Shown in pieces: positions 1 to 13,600 of a DNA stretch of 64,000 bases; the first letter of the stretch is position 1; the number at the start of each line of letters is the position of its first letter. The position numbers were made by a program, and so were the translations under genes. The notes below the pieces were generated by a model, which saw nothing but the letters and a program-made list of their open reading frames with translations, was not told the origin of the DNA and searched no databases. This stretch comes from Octopus bimaculoides (taxonomy: Eukaryota): positions 75,297,150 to 75,361,149 of the forward strand of contig NC_068983.1 in NCBI RefSeq assembly GCF_001194135.2, written 5' to 3'.

Positions 1-175
1 CACACTGAAACAAAGCTCAGTCTTATGTTATAACTAAATAATTTCTGCAGCTGTTTACAGTTTGCCTTCACTATTAGGAAAAATTTCCATTTATTTATAT
101 AAAAATTATTACTGAAATATATTAGCTGAATTATCAGAGGTAATGAATCCATATTTAAATATTACATGTCTCAAG

Positions 176-238
<63 letters not shown>

Positions 239-325
239 TGTACACACAGAGTCTCTAGAGGAAAACTGTTTGTAACTAGGAAGAACAGTGTAGAAGAAAT
301 CCTTCACTGGTTGCTATGAAACATG

Positions 326-1279
326 NNNNNNNNNNNNNNNNNNNNNNNNNNNNNNNNNNNNNNNNNNNNNNNNNNNNNNNNNNNNNNNNNNNNNNNNNNN
401 NNNNNNNNNNNNNNNNNNNNNNNNNNNNNNNNNNNNNNNNNNNNNNNNNNNNNNNNNNNNNNNNNNNNNNNNNNNNNNNNNNNNNNNNNNNNNNNNNNNN
501 NNNNNNNNNNNNNNNNNNNNNNNNNNNNNNNNNNNNNNNNNNNNNNNNNNNNNNNNNNNNNNNNNNNNNNNNNNNNNNNNNNNNNNNNNNNNNNNNNNNN
601 NNNNNNNNNNNNNNNNNNNNNNNNNNNNNNNNNNNNNNNNNNNNNNNNNNNNNNNNNNNNNNNNNNNNNNNNNNNNNNNNNNNNNNNNNNNNNNNNNNNN
701 NNNNNNNNNNNNNNNNNNNNNNNNNNNNNNNNNNNNNNNNNNNNNNNNNNNNNNNNNNNNNNNNNNNNNNNNNNNNNNNNNNNNNNNNNNNNNNNNNNNN
801 NNNNNNNNNNNNNNNNNNNNNNNNNNNNNNNNNNNNNNNNNNNNNNNNNNNNNNNNNNNNNNNNNNNNNNNNNNNNNNNNNNNNNNNNNNNNNNNNNNNN
901 NNNNNNNNNNNNNNNNNNNNNNNNNNNNNNNNNNNNNNNNNNNNNNNNNNNNNNNNNNNNNNNNNNNNNNNNNNNNNNNNNNNNNNNNNNNNNNNNNNNN
1001 NNNNNNNNNNNNNNNNNNNNNNNNNNNNNNNNNNNNNNNNNNNNNNNNNNNNNNNNNNNNNNNNNNNNNNNNNNNNNNNNNNNNNNNNNNNNNNNNNNNN
1101 NNNNNNNNNNNNNNNNNNNNNNNNNNNNNNNNNNNNNNNNNNNNNNNNNNNNNNNNNNNNNNNNNNNNNNNNNNNNNNNNNNNNNNNNNNNNNNNNNNNN
1201 NNNNNNNNNNNNNNNNNNNNNNNNNNNNNNNNNNNNNNNNNNNNNNNNNNNNNNNNNNNNNNNNNNNNNNNNNNNNNNN
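326..1279. other. Assembly gap (other gaps: 6114-6672, 7217-7316, 11248-11353, 13282-13291, 42383-42482, 44214-44341, 48899-49138, 57290-57723)
   Basis: Runs of N; most abut (TA)n microsatellites, the internally repetitive RTE 3' UTR or a palindrome. Confidence 0.99.
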
Positions 1280-1809
1280 TATATATATATATATATATTC
1301 TTTTATTGGTTTCAGTCATTGAAGCATGACTATGACAAGGGTTTTAGTTGATCAATACATTTTCTACGTTGGCACTTTTTGATCAATTTCAAATTATCAA
1401 ATTGTTAATTTATATTTTTTTAAATTTTTTACATGAAGGAAAGTAATCTAAAAAACCATTTGAAATCTGAAAACATAAGCACTCACTCACGCATGCATAC
1501 GCACACACACGCACACACAAACAAAAGTACTCAATATCATACTTGAGATTTAATAATTATTTAAAATTTTTGACACAAGGGCAGCTTGGGATGAGTCGAT
1601 TACATCAACCTCAGTGTTCAATTGATATTTATTTTATCGACCCCAAAAGGAGTCATAACTTGCCTGAAGATTTTGTGCGCTCACAGGAGAAACTCAGAGT
1701 AGCTAGAGACTAAGAGACTGACTCAACCAAAATAATAGTTGTATTTTTTTATCTGTTTCAGTCAATGGTCTGCCATCATGCTGGGATACCCACCTTGAAG
1801 GGTTTAGTC

Positions 1810-1945
1810 CAGGGGTTCTCAACTGGGGTCCATACGACCTGGGGGGATCCATATAAGTTTTTTAGGGGTCCACACAAATAAGATAGTAAATTAAAGATCC
1901 ATCATGGTTTTTCTTTTTTGGGGTCCATGAAAAAATTTTGCTTTC
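1810..1945 (+). mobile_element. hAT (Charlie-like) non-autonomous element, left end only
   Basis: Starts CAGGGGTTCTCAACTGGGGTCC, a typical hAT terminus; no matching right TIR seen. Confidence 0.55.
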
Positions 1946-1984
1946 CCTCTCTTCTCAAAGGATCTTTGTCCTCCAAGTTACTTG

Positions 1985-2275
1985 GTGACCCAGCCAGTGT
2001 TGGTGTCACGTAAAAAGCATCCAGTCCACACTGTAAAGTGGTCAGTGTTTGGAAGAGCATCCAGCTGTAAAAACTATGCCAAAACTGGCCTCACCTGTGC
2101 CCATGCCATGTAAAAGGCACTCTGTCCACTGTTAGGTGGGTGGTGTTAGGAAGGGCATCCAGCCATAAAAACCATGCCAAAACAGACACAGAAGTCTGGT
2201 GGTTTCCTGCCTGGCCAGCACCTGTCAAACCATTCAACCCATGCCAACATGGAAGACAGACATTAAACAATGATC
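1985..2275 (+). mobile_element. RTE LINE 3' UTR fragment, degenerate
   Basis: Shares the GGAAGGGCATCCAGC...CCATGCCAGCATGGA...TTAAAC motifs with the ORF-linked copy at 11008-11675. Confidence 0.75.
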
Positions 2276-2699
2276 ATGCTGAATCACCCTGAGATTAAGT
2301 TAAGGGTACAGGTGACTGTGGAGTGCTCAGCCATTTGCATGTTAATTTCATGAACAAGCTGTTCTGTTGATTGGATCAACTGGAACCCTCATAACTAACA
2401 GAGTGCCAGTTACAAGCCAACAGCCATACCATACTTAACTCTGAGAAATGCTATGTACAGTATAACCTACTTATAGCCAAAAAGAACATACTTTCTCATT
2501 GCATTCCAAACCACTTAAAATATTTTTTAATTATTTTATTTTTTTAGCATCTGAGTTCATTATAAAAGGCAAATCAAAATTCTAGCATACACTTTGTCTA
2601 ATTAAATAAGGTAAGTCAGAATTAATTGCTTAAATTAACTATAAATATATACATATACACACACATACATGTAGGTACATATATATATAAATAAACCTT

Positions 2700-3008
2700 T
2701 GGTTATGAATGATCATTGGAGTGCACTTAGAAAGTTACCCCTGAGGCATAAGTCTGTGCAAGGCTGTTTATGGAAGACCAGCAGTCACCCATGCATACCA
2801 GCCTCCCCTTTTCGCACCACCGATGTTATCCAAGGGAATAGCAAAAGCCAATACAGCTTGGCACCAGTGATGTCGCAACTCGTTTCTACAGCTGAGTAAA
2901 CTGAAGCAACGTCAAATAAAGTGTCTTGCTCAAGAATACAACACACAGCCCGGTCCAGGAACCGAACTCACTATCTCATGATTGTGAGCCTGATACTCTA
3001 ACCACCTT
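2700..3008 (-). mobile_element. tRNA-derived SINE (family B)
   Basis: Same body as 62530-62846 (GGAAGACCAGCAG...CAGCTTGGCACC...GTCTTGCTCAAGAA); tRNA-like head at the high-coordinate end. Confidence 0.8.
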
Positions 3009-3924
3009 CACTACATATATACACACAAATATATACATATATACACACCCATATTTATATATATCTGATACTGGAATATGCACATTTATGTATTTTTATA
3101 TTAATACGCTTATAAAAATACACACATACACCCACACATGAATGGGTGAATGAGTCACCAAGTAACAGACAGAAAGATGGGCAGACATCAATATTGTTAT
3201 TTGTTTTGCATATGCATGCTGCAAACAGAATAAAGCAACAATGTGTATATTGTCATACTATATAGCATAACTGGTTGAATATTCCACAAATGTCAATCCT
3301 TAAAGTGATCCTCGAATTTATTAAACAAAATGTCACATTATATGACAAGATTGAACCTTTGAATTACCAGTATAGCCTATCTGAATGGGATTCTATATCG
3401 ATTCCCTTTATCTAATTTTTCTGTCAAGGATTCAGTCAACTTGAGTCAGTGCTAGAAACATTTGGCTCAGGGTGACACAAAATATGAACAAACTTGCAGT
3501 TTTATTGAAGCAAAGACAACTATTCAGCAACTAATAGCTGGACCATTGACGTATGCATAAATTGTGTGTGTGTGTGTGTGTGTGTTTATTATATATATAT
3601 ATATATATACACCCCCATTTCAGCATTTCATATGCTAATTACTCCGGCATGCAGGAGCTATTCAGATAGAATGGGGCATTCCAACGCTAGGCCGAAACAG
3701 CTGTAAGTTTCTGTTTATTCTCAAATTCCTAATGTACTTTATATTTGTAACCTTGGTTGTTAATATAACATGGTATGTCATAAGCATTTGTATATTGTGG
3801 TTTTTGTCATTTTAGTTACAAAATGAATTAATTAATTCAACGGAATACACTGTCTACAAGTCGATAAATACCGCATATTCTCCTCCATTTTCTAATCGCT
3901 ATATATGTATGTATATATATAAAG

Positions 3925-4019
<95 letters not shown>

Positions 4020-4204
4020 AAGAAAGGGAGAGAGAGAATATAGACAGCAGTGTGCAAATTTTTACCTAAAAGGAAAACTATAATTGTTATTAAATATGAC
4101 TAGGGTGTTAGAAACACCTACATTACTAGAAATAAGAGCTAAAATGCTCTAATGCTGTAGTTAAAGCACATAATGGTATACATATGTACTGACAGGGACT
4201 ATAA

Positions 4205-4675
<471 letters not shown>

Positions 4676-5031
4676 CACTAGCATTTACTCTACATGTTTT
4701 ATGTTCAAACTACCCAGATCCACCCTCTCACACCTAACCTACAATATCATTCTAAAAATAAGCACTCACATTTTCAAAAATCTCAAGGATACAAGATAAT
4801 GCATGATTAATTCAAAACAATATAGACAAATAAAGCATTACATTTGACAAAGTAACCTGAATGCTAATGGGGAAATGGGCAGGCATGGCTGTGTGTTAAG
4901 AAGTTTACTTCTCAATCACATGGTTCTGGGTTCAATCCCACTGTATGGCACTTGAGCAAATATCTTCTATCTGGGACAAACAAAAAAAGACTTGTGAGTG
5001 GATTTGGTAGTCAGAAACTGAAAGAATTCCA

Positions 5032-5073
<42 letters not shown>

Positions 5074-5074
5074 T

Positions 5075-5165
5075 TTATTCTCACATAAGAATATTGTTAA
5101 CAGTGACTGGCTTAGCTGGCCAAAACTTCAAAGTCACTGTCAACAATATTCTTGTTTAAGAATAA
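5075..5165 (-). ncRNA. Candidate pre-miRNA-like hairpin (or tiny palindromic TE relic)
   Basis: Arms 5087-5108 and 5132-5153 are reverse complements at 21 of 22 positions. A further 7-bp basal stem pairs TTATTCT (5075-5081) with AGAATAA (5159-5165). The single mismatch becomes G.U on the minus strand. Confidence 0.35.
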
Positions 5166-6699
5166 GCTTGTACTTCAGATTAATGTATTCCCTAAATTAA
5201 TGTAAAATCGTTTTTTTTTTTATTATAACTAAACATAAAAACAAATTCTAACATATATATGCGTGTGTCTGTGTGTGCATGCACACACCAGCAAGCACAC
5301 ACATGCATGAGTGCATTACTGTCACTTCACCTTGATATGGAGTGATAGTTGTGTCATCATCATGCAAGTGGTTCGTTCGTTTCCAGTCTTTTGAGATGTG
5401 TCTGGCTATGGGAAAATATTACCTTGCTTGGAAGACAATGTGAGTTGGTGACAGAAAGGGCTTCCAACCATAGAAAATCTTCAACAAATTCCATGCAACC
5501 CATGCAAGCCAGGAAAAATGGATGTTGCTGTTGATGATGATGATGATGATAATGACGATGGTCATACTAGTGTTATGTGTTTTACATCTCTTTTACCATG
5601 CAAGCATAAATAATTTGAATTCAAAACCTAATTAGTGTAAGGTACTTATTAGAATACATCATTAATTAGTAAATTTGTTTCGAGTTAATAAGTAACCAAA
5701 CAAGTTTTGGTACGGTCACAATGACTTTGTTGTAAAGGTTTCAGGCAAAAATCTTATATAAAAAACAATAAAAAAAAACCATAACAGCAGGTAACAATAA
5801 AGGCCTACACCGGAAAAACCAAGTGCAAATTTGGACAACTCACACAAACTCATATAATACATAACATTTTAGATATTGCTAGTGTAGGAAAGGAAAGTCA
5901 ATGTCAAGGCCATTCAATTGTTTGTTTCCGCCACCACTTCTAATAATAAAGAGCAAAAATATCAACAAAAAAAAAAAATCTCAAAGTAACAATTTGTATC
6001 ATGGTCATTTATTAATAAGCACATCTTAATTAGACTATAGCTATAAAATAGAGACCAATCTCTCTCTCATATATGTGTGTGTATGTGTTATATATATATA
6101 TGTATATATATATNNNNNNNNNNNNNNNNNNNNNNNNNNNNNNNNNNNNNNNNNNNNNNNNNNNNNNNNNNNNNNNNNNNNNNNNNNNNNNNNNNNNNNN
6201 NNNNNNNNNNNNNNNNNNNNNNNNNNNNNNNNNNNNNNNNNNNNNNNNNNNNNNNNNNNNNNNNNNNNNNNNNNNNNNNNNNNNNNNNNNNNNNNNNNNN
6301 NNNNNNNNNNNNNNNNNNNNNNNNNNNNNNNNNNNNNNNNNNNNNNNNNNNNNNNNNNNNNNNNNNNNNNNNNNNNNNNNNNNNNNNNNNNNNNNNNNNN
6401 NNNNNNNNNNNNNNNNNNNNNNNNNNNNNNNNNNNNNNNNNNNNNNNNNNNNNNNNNNNNNNNNNNNNNNNNNNNNNNNNNNNNNNNNNNNNNNNNNNNN
6501 NNNNNNNNNNNNNNNNNNNNNNNNNNNNNNNNNNNNNNNNNNNNNNNNNNNNNNNNNNNNNNNNNNNNNNNNNNNNNNNNNNNNNNNNNNNNNNNNNNNN
6601 NNNNNNNNNNNNNNNNNNNNNNNNNNNNNNNNNNNNNNNNNNNNNNNNNNNNNNNNNNNNNNNNNNNNNNNNCTTATGTTTTAACACCTAAGATATATC

Positions 6700-7018
6700 A
6701 CTGTTCCGCCTGACTGGCCTTTGTAGGATTTTCGAGCGAGTTCGTTGCCAGTGCCCCTGGACTGGCTCTTGTGCAGGTGGCACATAAAATACACCATCTT
6801 GAGCGTGGCCGTTGCCACTACCGCCTGACTGGCCTTCATGCCGGTGGCACGTAAAAAGCACCTACTACACTCTCTGAGTGGTTGGCGTTAGGAAGGGCAT
6901 CCAGCTGTAGAAACTCTGCCAAATCAGATTGGAGCCTGGTGTAGCCATCTGGTTTCACCAGTCCTCAGTCAAATCGTCCAACCCATGTTAGCATGGAAAG
7001 TGGACGCTAAACGATGCT
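6700..7018 (+). mobile_element. RTE LINE 3' end
   Basis: GGTGGCACGTAAAAAGCACC...GGAAGGGCATCCAGCTGTAGAAACTCTGCC...TAAACGATG tail. Confidence 0.85.
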
Positions 7019-7325
7019 GATATATATATAGAAAATACTTAAATACTTATATAAGCAATTAAAAACTTACAAACCAATAAAATAGCCTAGTGGTGATTTA
7101 CATAATAAAAACATGCACATAGATACAATAACTACACTATAAATACTGACCAGTTTTTTTCCCCACTTTTGTTTGTACAATCAAAGGCATAATATACATA
7201 TTGTGGTCATTAAATANNNNNNNNNNNNNNNNNNNNNNNNNNNNNNNNNNNNNNNNNNNNNNNNNNNNNNNNNNNNNNNNNNNNNNNNNNNNNNNNNNNN
7301 NNNNNNNNNNNNNNNNTATATATGC

Positions 7326-7358
<33 letters not shown>

Positions 7359-7739
7359 TATATATAATTTATATTATATATAATTTATTATATTACCTGT
7401 TCACCTAATGACAAGTGCTTAAGCAAAGCAATTATCAATGAAGAAAGCTACCATCTGAAGTATGTAGTATGAATATGTCACACTTTGTCTATGAGAAACA
7501 GAGGAACACCACAACAGTGTTCAGATATCTATAGAAATTGAAATACCAATGTTTTTGGCCCTTTTGATATTGATTCATAAAGTAATACAATGCCAACAAT
7601 GCATTGTGGAAAAATACGTCACAACCAAGTAAATTGATGCTTAAAAGAAGGGAAAAATCCAAATGCCATCATTATAATACCAATATAAAATCTAATTTAT
7701 TTTCTAGGGGACAAATAATTGAGAGTACCTCAGTTGATT

Positions 7740-7932
7740 CAGTCATTAAACTGTGACCATGCTGGGGCACTGCCTTGAAGAATTTTTAGTTGAATGAATC
7801 AACCCCAGTACTTTTTTTAAAGCCTAGTGCTTACTCTATCAGTCTCTTTTGCTAAGTTACAAGGACTTAAACACACCAACACCGATTGTCAAGCAGAGGT
7901 GGGAGACACATAAACACACACACACACACACC

Positions 7933-7973
<41 letters not shown>

Positions 7974-8115
7974 GGCTTCTTTCAGTATCCATGTACCAAA
8001 TCCACTCACAAGGCTTTGGTTGGCCCAAGGCTATAGCAGAAGACACTTGCCTAAGGTGCCATGCAGTAGGAGTGAACCCAAAAGTATGTGGTTGGGAAGC
8101 AAACTTCTTACCACC
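7740..8115 (-). mobile_element. SINE family A
   Basis: Reverse complement of family A with internal (CA)/(TA) tract. Confidence 0.8.
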
Positions 8116-9501
8116 CACCATCTAATAACCAAACTTCTTTAGTGAAGTGAAGGCACACTTTCAGCTTACCAGCCACATGATTTTGAGCTCAATCCCAGTC
8201 AGGCAAGTGTTGTCGTCTATACACCAGGGCCTGCCAAAATCTTGCAAATGAATTTTGTGGATAGAAACTGAAAGATTATCACATATGTGTGCATGTGTCT
8301 GTATGTGTGTTTGTTTACATCTGTGGTCCACAAAAGTTGTGAGCTTTGAGCAGCGTTGTTGTTGTCACTTTTGCAGTCAATGATTCAACTTCATGCCTTG
8401 TGGCTTCAAAGACATGTGAAGTAAGAGATACCGAATTTGAAAAACGAATAAAGATTAGTGATAGGAAGAGCATTTGGCTGTAAAAGCAATGACCCAGTAA
8501 ATAATATATTCATCTAACCATCAGTATCATGCGAAACAAACAAAGGTACATATAGATATATATATATATATATGGGAGAATATACAAATAATAACAACAG
8601 ACGAGGACAGGTGGTGTAAATAACAAAAGTATATATTAGTATGACGCTCGGGAATACGGAAAGTCTTTGACGTTTCGAGCTACGCTCTTCAACAGAAAGA
8701 ATACGGAGACAAGGGGATGGTCATATTGCCAGTTTAGCCAATAATAACACACGCACTGTATATTTGGTGTTAATTTGCTTCAGCTTTATATTACATTAAT
8801 CTTAATCTTATTTCGGCCAGAGTTCTTTCGTCACACTTCTGTGACCTCATCAGTGGTCCTTTGTTTCCTTCTTTCTTATGTGTGTCTCACCTTGCTAACT
8901 ATCAGCCATTTTGTATTTTATATATATCATCATCATCATTTAATGTATTATATATATATCATCATCATCATTTAATGTCCATTATCCATGCTGGCATGGG
9001 TTGGATGGTTTGACTAGAGCTGGTAAGCCAGAGAGCTGCATCAGGCACCAGTCTGTTTTGGCTTAGTCTCTACAGCTGGATGGCCTTCCTAGTGCCAACC
9101 ACTCTACAGATTGTACTGGTGTCTTTTATGTGTCACTGCCACAGGTACCTTTTACATTTCATATTGCATCTCTCACCATTTATACATCTCTTACTATCTA
9201 TCACCTTCTCACCCTTATCTTCTTCTGAGACAGTACACAGTCTAGTATAGTCTAAACAAGCCTTCAGGTCAGAAGACAAAGATTTTTACATAGAGAGAAG
9301 GAAGCATAATTTTCAGTCAGTTAATAAAAATAGTCACCACACATTCACTTTTGGTTAGCTTTTTAGTGCTCCGTATTAACCTTAACTTTATATATTAACC
9401 TTAACTTTACACATCACAAAATATATCATTTGGATTCCTGTCAAATTAAAGAAACCATAAACCAAAATAATTTCATTTCTTAATTAAAAAAAGCTGTTTA
9501 C

Positions 9502-9526
9502 CTGATAATTTTCAAAATTTGACACT
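9502..9526 (-). CDS. Candidate 25-nt micro-exon of an unidentified minus-strand gene
   Basis: Acceptor CCTTGTGTTTCATTTAG and donor CAG|GTAAAC; two open frames (CQILKII or VSNFENYQ). Supported by splice signals only. Confidence 0.25.
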
Positions 9527-9692
9527 CTAAATGAAACACAAGGAAAGTTTGATCCAATTTTACAGTAACCCAGTCTATTAGAAGAACAGTAGGATAGTAA
9601 AAATTTTAAAGTATTGTATGTAATTTCTTTCTTTGAAATAAAAATGAGCTTATCATCCCTATTTTTTCTCTCTTTTCCATATATATATATAT

Positions 9693-9727
<35 letters not shown>

Positions 9728-10334
9728 AAAAAAACCTAAAAGATGAACTGATTTTTATTCAGTTGAACATGAAGAATAATCTTATTTTCCTTCTATAAAT
9801 TTAGTCTGAAGCCTTACAAATAAATGAAATGGGAATTTATTTTTAGTGTATATGTTTTTGCCTTTTACCAAAAATTCTTAAGGCATTATATGAAACCATA
9901 GTAATCAGAACTCAAAACTAGGGTGTGGTCTCACTTTACACAGAACTTAGCATTAATCTAACTTATAAGGCTATAGATAAACTATTTTGAATTTACAATT
10001 CCAAGAGCCAAAACTTAAGTTATAATCTTATTTCTCACTTATTTTCTTTCCTTCATACTAAAATAACACTGAGGGTTGTTATAGAATTGAACAAAGAATA
10101 CATGTTTATAAATGGCATATATGAAGAGCAAAAAAAATATATAAGTGCAGACATAGCTGTGTGGGTAAAACACTTAGCTTACAACCAAGTAGTTCTGGTT
10201 TCAATCCTACTATATGTCATCTAGGCAAAAATCTTCTCCCGTAGCCTTGGGTCAACCAAAACCTTATGAATTAAATGTAGAGTATGGGACTTGACTGAAG
10301 CACACCAGAGAGAGGGGGAAAGAGAAAAAGGGAA

Positions 10335-10421
<87 letters not shown>

Positions 10422-10564
10422 CTTTCTCCTTTTGAGATTGATGAAATAAATACCAGTTGCATACTGGAGTCAATGCAATCAACTAGCCTACTCCCCTTCA
10501 AATTTCAAGTCTTGTGCCTATAATAGGAAGGGTAATTATCATATTTATTATCATAACCATTATC

Positions 10565-10890
10565 ATTGGCACTCCACCGATTTCGAAAACAGGGGTTCCA
10601 GTTCATCCAATCAATGGACCTACCTGCTCATGAAATTAACATGCAAATGGCTGAGAACTCCACAAACACATGTACCCTTAATGTAGTCCTTAGGAAGATT
10701 CAGTGTGACAGAGTGAGACAAAGCTGGCCCTTTGAAATACAGGTACTACTCATTTTTACCAGCTGAGTGGACTGGAGCAACATGAAATAAAGTGATTTGC
10801 TCAAGTACACAATGTGTCACCGGGAATTGAACGCACAACTTTACAATCATAAGCCGAATACCCAAACCACTAAGCCATGCGCCTTCACAC
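10565..10890 (-). mobile_element. tRNA-derived SINE (family C)
   Basis: Body matches 24185-24558 (GAAATTAAC.TGCAA.TGGCTGAG...CCCTTTGAA.TACAGGTAC); tRNA-like head at the right. Confidence 0.8.
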
Positions 10891-11007
10891 CATTATTATT
10901 ATTATTATTATAGTATTGTTATTATTACCATTTATGTTTGGATTGGAGAGCGATGAGCTTGTTGTTACTCCAGACACTCAGTCTATTGAGAGCTGGACTG
11001 GGTTTTC

Positions 11008-11675
11008 ATCATCATCATCATCATCGTTTAACGTCCGCTTTCCATGCTAGCATGGGTTGGACGGTTTGACTGAGGACTGGTGAAACCGGATGGCAACACC
11101 AGGCTCCAATCTAATTTGGCAGAGTTTCTACAGCTGGATGCCCTTCCTAACGCCAACCACTCAGAGAGTGTAGTGGGTGCTTTTACGTGTCACCCGCACG
11201 AAAACGGCCATGCTCGAAATGGTGTCTTTTATGTGCCACCCGCACAANNNNNNNNNNNNNNNNNNNNNNNNNNNNNNNNNNNNNNNNNNNNNNNNNNNNN
11301 NNNNNNNNNNNNNNNNNNNNNNNNNNNNNNNNNNNNNNNNNNNNNNNNNNNNNCGCTCAAAATGGTGCATCTCATGTGCCATCCGCACAAGAGCCAGTCC
11401 AGGGGCACTGGCAACGATCTTACTTGGCTTGCCGGGTCTTCTCACACACAGCACATTTCCAAAGGTCTCGGTCAGTAGTCATCGCCTCGGTGAGGCCCAA
11501 TGTATGAAGGTCTTGCCTCACCACCTCAGCCCAGGTCTTCCTGGGCCTACCTCTTCCACGGGTTCCCTCAACTGTTAGGGTGTGGCACTTTTTCACGCAG
11601 CTATCCTCATCCATTCTCACCACATGTCCATACCAGCGCAATCGTCTCTCTTGCACATCACAACTGATGCTTCTA
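11008..11675 (-). mobile_element. 5'-truncated RTE-clade LINE with ORF C-terminus (11420-11656) and 3' UTR ending in (GAT)n
   Basis: RRLRWYGHVVRM...GTRGRGRPRKTW...DRDLW is the characteristic RTE ORF C-terminal motif. Confidence 0.92.
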
Positions 11676-11761
11676 ATGTTCAGCTTTTCATATTAGATTT
11701 GGTTAACATGTGGGAGCATCAGATTATGTGAGTGAGGATGCAAGATCCGTTCTGACATTGT

Positions 11762-11934
11762 TTAACCCTTTTGTTACCATATTTCAAATGAAACACACTG
11801 CTTCTGTTTCATTAATTTTGAAAATAATGAAGAATTTAGTCAAATGACTGCCATTAAGTTAATGAAGGTTTTAATTTAAATCACTTTAAAACAAGTTTGT
11901 ATCATAGAACTGAGGGCGATTTCAAAAGGGTTAA
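11762..11934. mobile_element. piggyBac-like MITE
   Basis: TTAA-CCCTTTTG...CAAAAGGG-TTAA termini; same family as 19107-19327. Confidence 0.75.
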
Positions 11935-12493
11935 CATCTTGGGAGAGGAGAGGACACAGTAGACAGAGTAATCTCACATAGTGCTAAAAAGAAGAGATAG
12001 TTACAGATAGAATATCTTTGATGAAATGTTTGCTGAGAACTAAACAGTAACTTGCTGGAAACAGCAGTTAAATGACCATCAAATAACATCTAATAGTCTT
12101 CAAAGAAGGACAGATCACATGTCTGAAATTAGAAATGATACTTTTTTCATTTTTTTTGGTTTAGCTAACAAGAGGACTTCTATAGGGTTGTTTGATATAA
12201 CCGAAATAGAAGTCAAATCTCCCAAGAACCACAAACTACACTGCCACATCTTAAGATCCACCAAAGCCAACACTATCACAGGCCAAAGAGAACGTCTCAA
12301 TGTGGTTGATAGGTCTGTTAGAAATAGCAACCAAACCTCACATGAATTGAACTTAATTATCTTTTAAAAAAAGAAATTAACTAATGTAATCCGGAGGGCA
12401 CACTATGTCAAAAAGAAATGTAAAGGTTATATTTGGAATATCTCAGATAATAGGTTTACTTGATCAGAGTACTTATAACTAACAACAACAACA

Positions 12494-12776
12494 GGCATAT
12501 GGCGTAGTGGTTAAGAGCACGGGCTACTAACCCCAAGATTCCGAGTTCGATTCCAAGCAGTGACCTGAACAATAATAATAATAATAACAACAACAACAAC
12601 AACATCAAAGAATACCTTAGAAATGAGAACCCAGGTTCGAAATTTCCCCAAGACACCTGAAGAAGGCTGGAGGGTATATCAGCTGAAACGTTGTGTTAAC
12701 AACAAACAAGATGAGGGCAAATATCCGTTGAATGTAAATAATGTACATAATTCCTCATCTCTTAAATATAGAACTG
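12494..12776 (+). mobile_element. tRNA-headed SINE with internal (AAT/AAC)n
   Basis: A-box-like TGGCGTAGTGG and B-box-like GAGTTCGATTCC; flanked on both sides by AACAACAACAA (possible TSD). Confidence 0.75.
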
Positions 12777-13002
12777 AACAACAACAATAGTTTTACTTTT
12801 TAGCATTTAAACCGACCATATTTGGCTCAAATATTCTACATATTTTATGTTCAAACTGACCAAATTTGACCTCTCACGCCTATCCGACAATGTTATTTAA
12901 AAAATAACCAATCACATTATCAAATTCCCAGAGCTACAAGATAATGCACAATTGTTAGAGTAATCTGAATGCTAAAGGGATAATATCACCATAACGAGAT
13001 GG

Positions 13003-13600
13003 TTGTTGTTTAGCTTTGACTGAAGGAACCTATGATCAAAGGTTTTCCAACCATGACCATCACAACTTTTTCTTACATGCTGGAAACTCAGGATTACATT
13101 ACCTAAATATGTTCTTTCCTAAAGATGTGAAAGGGAAGGGAGTAAGATTTGCAAGAGACTTGGCATCTATTTCTAGCAGATTGAACAACCAGGTAGAGGT
13201 GGTTATTGTTTAGCTTTGATTGAAGGAACCTGTGATCAAAGGTTTTCCAACCATGACCATCACATCTTTTTATGTGCTGGANNNNNNNNNNGATTACATT
13301 ACCTAAATATGTTCTTTCCTAAAGATGTGAAAGGGAAGGGAGTAAGATTTGCAAGAGACTTGGCATCTATTTCTAGCAGATTGAACAACCAGGTAGAGGT
13401 GGTTATTGTTTAGCTTTGATTGAAGGAACCTGTGATCAAAGGTTTTCCAACCATGACCATCACATCTTTTTATGTGCTGGAAACTCAGGATTACATCATC
13501 CACTATGCTTTTTCCTAAAGATGTGAAAGGGAAGGGGGTAAACTTTGCAGGAGACTTGGCATCTATTTCTAGCAGACTGAACAACCAGGTAGAAGCCCTC
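13003..13600 (+). repeat. Tandem array of about three ~200-bp units derived from a dispersed repeat
   Basis: Unit TTTAGCTTTGA.TGAAGGAACC...GAACAACCAGGTAGA recurs at about 13008, 13208 and 13408; 10-N gap inside. Confidence 0.85.

Noticed and set aside
276-1351. Long ORFs of 337-347 aa, and similar ones at 6073-6713, 48813-49280 and 57100-57754
   Set aside because: They consist of X residues across N gaps.
7397-7455. Minus-strand exon candidate with CAG|GTAATA donor
   Set aside because: Stops in all three frames.
13003-13600. CRISPR-like or protein-coding tandem array
   Set aside because: Whole ~200-bp units repeat with no unique spacers; the ORFs are just the repeated unit.
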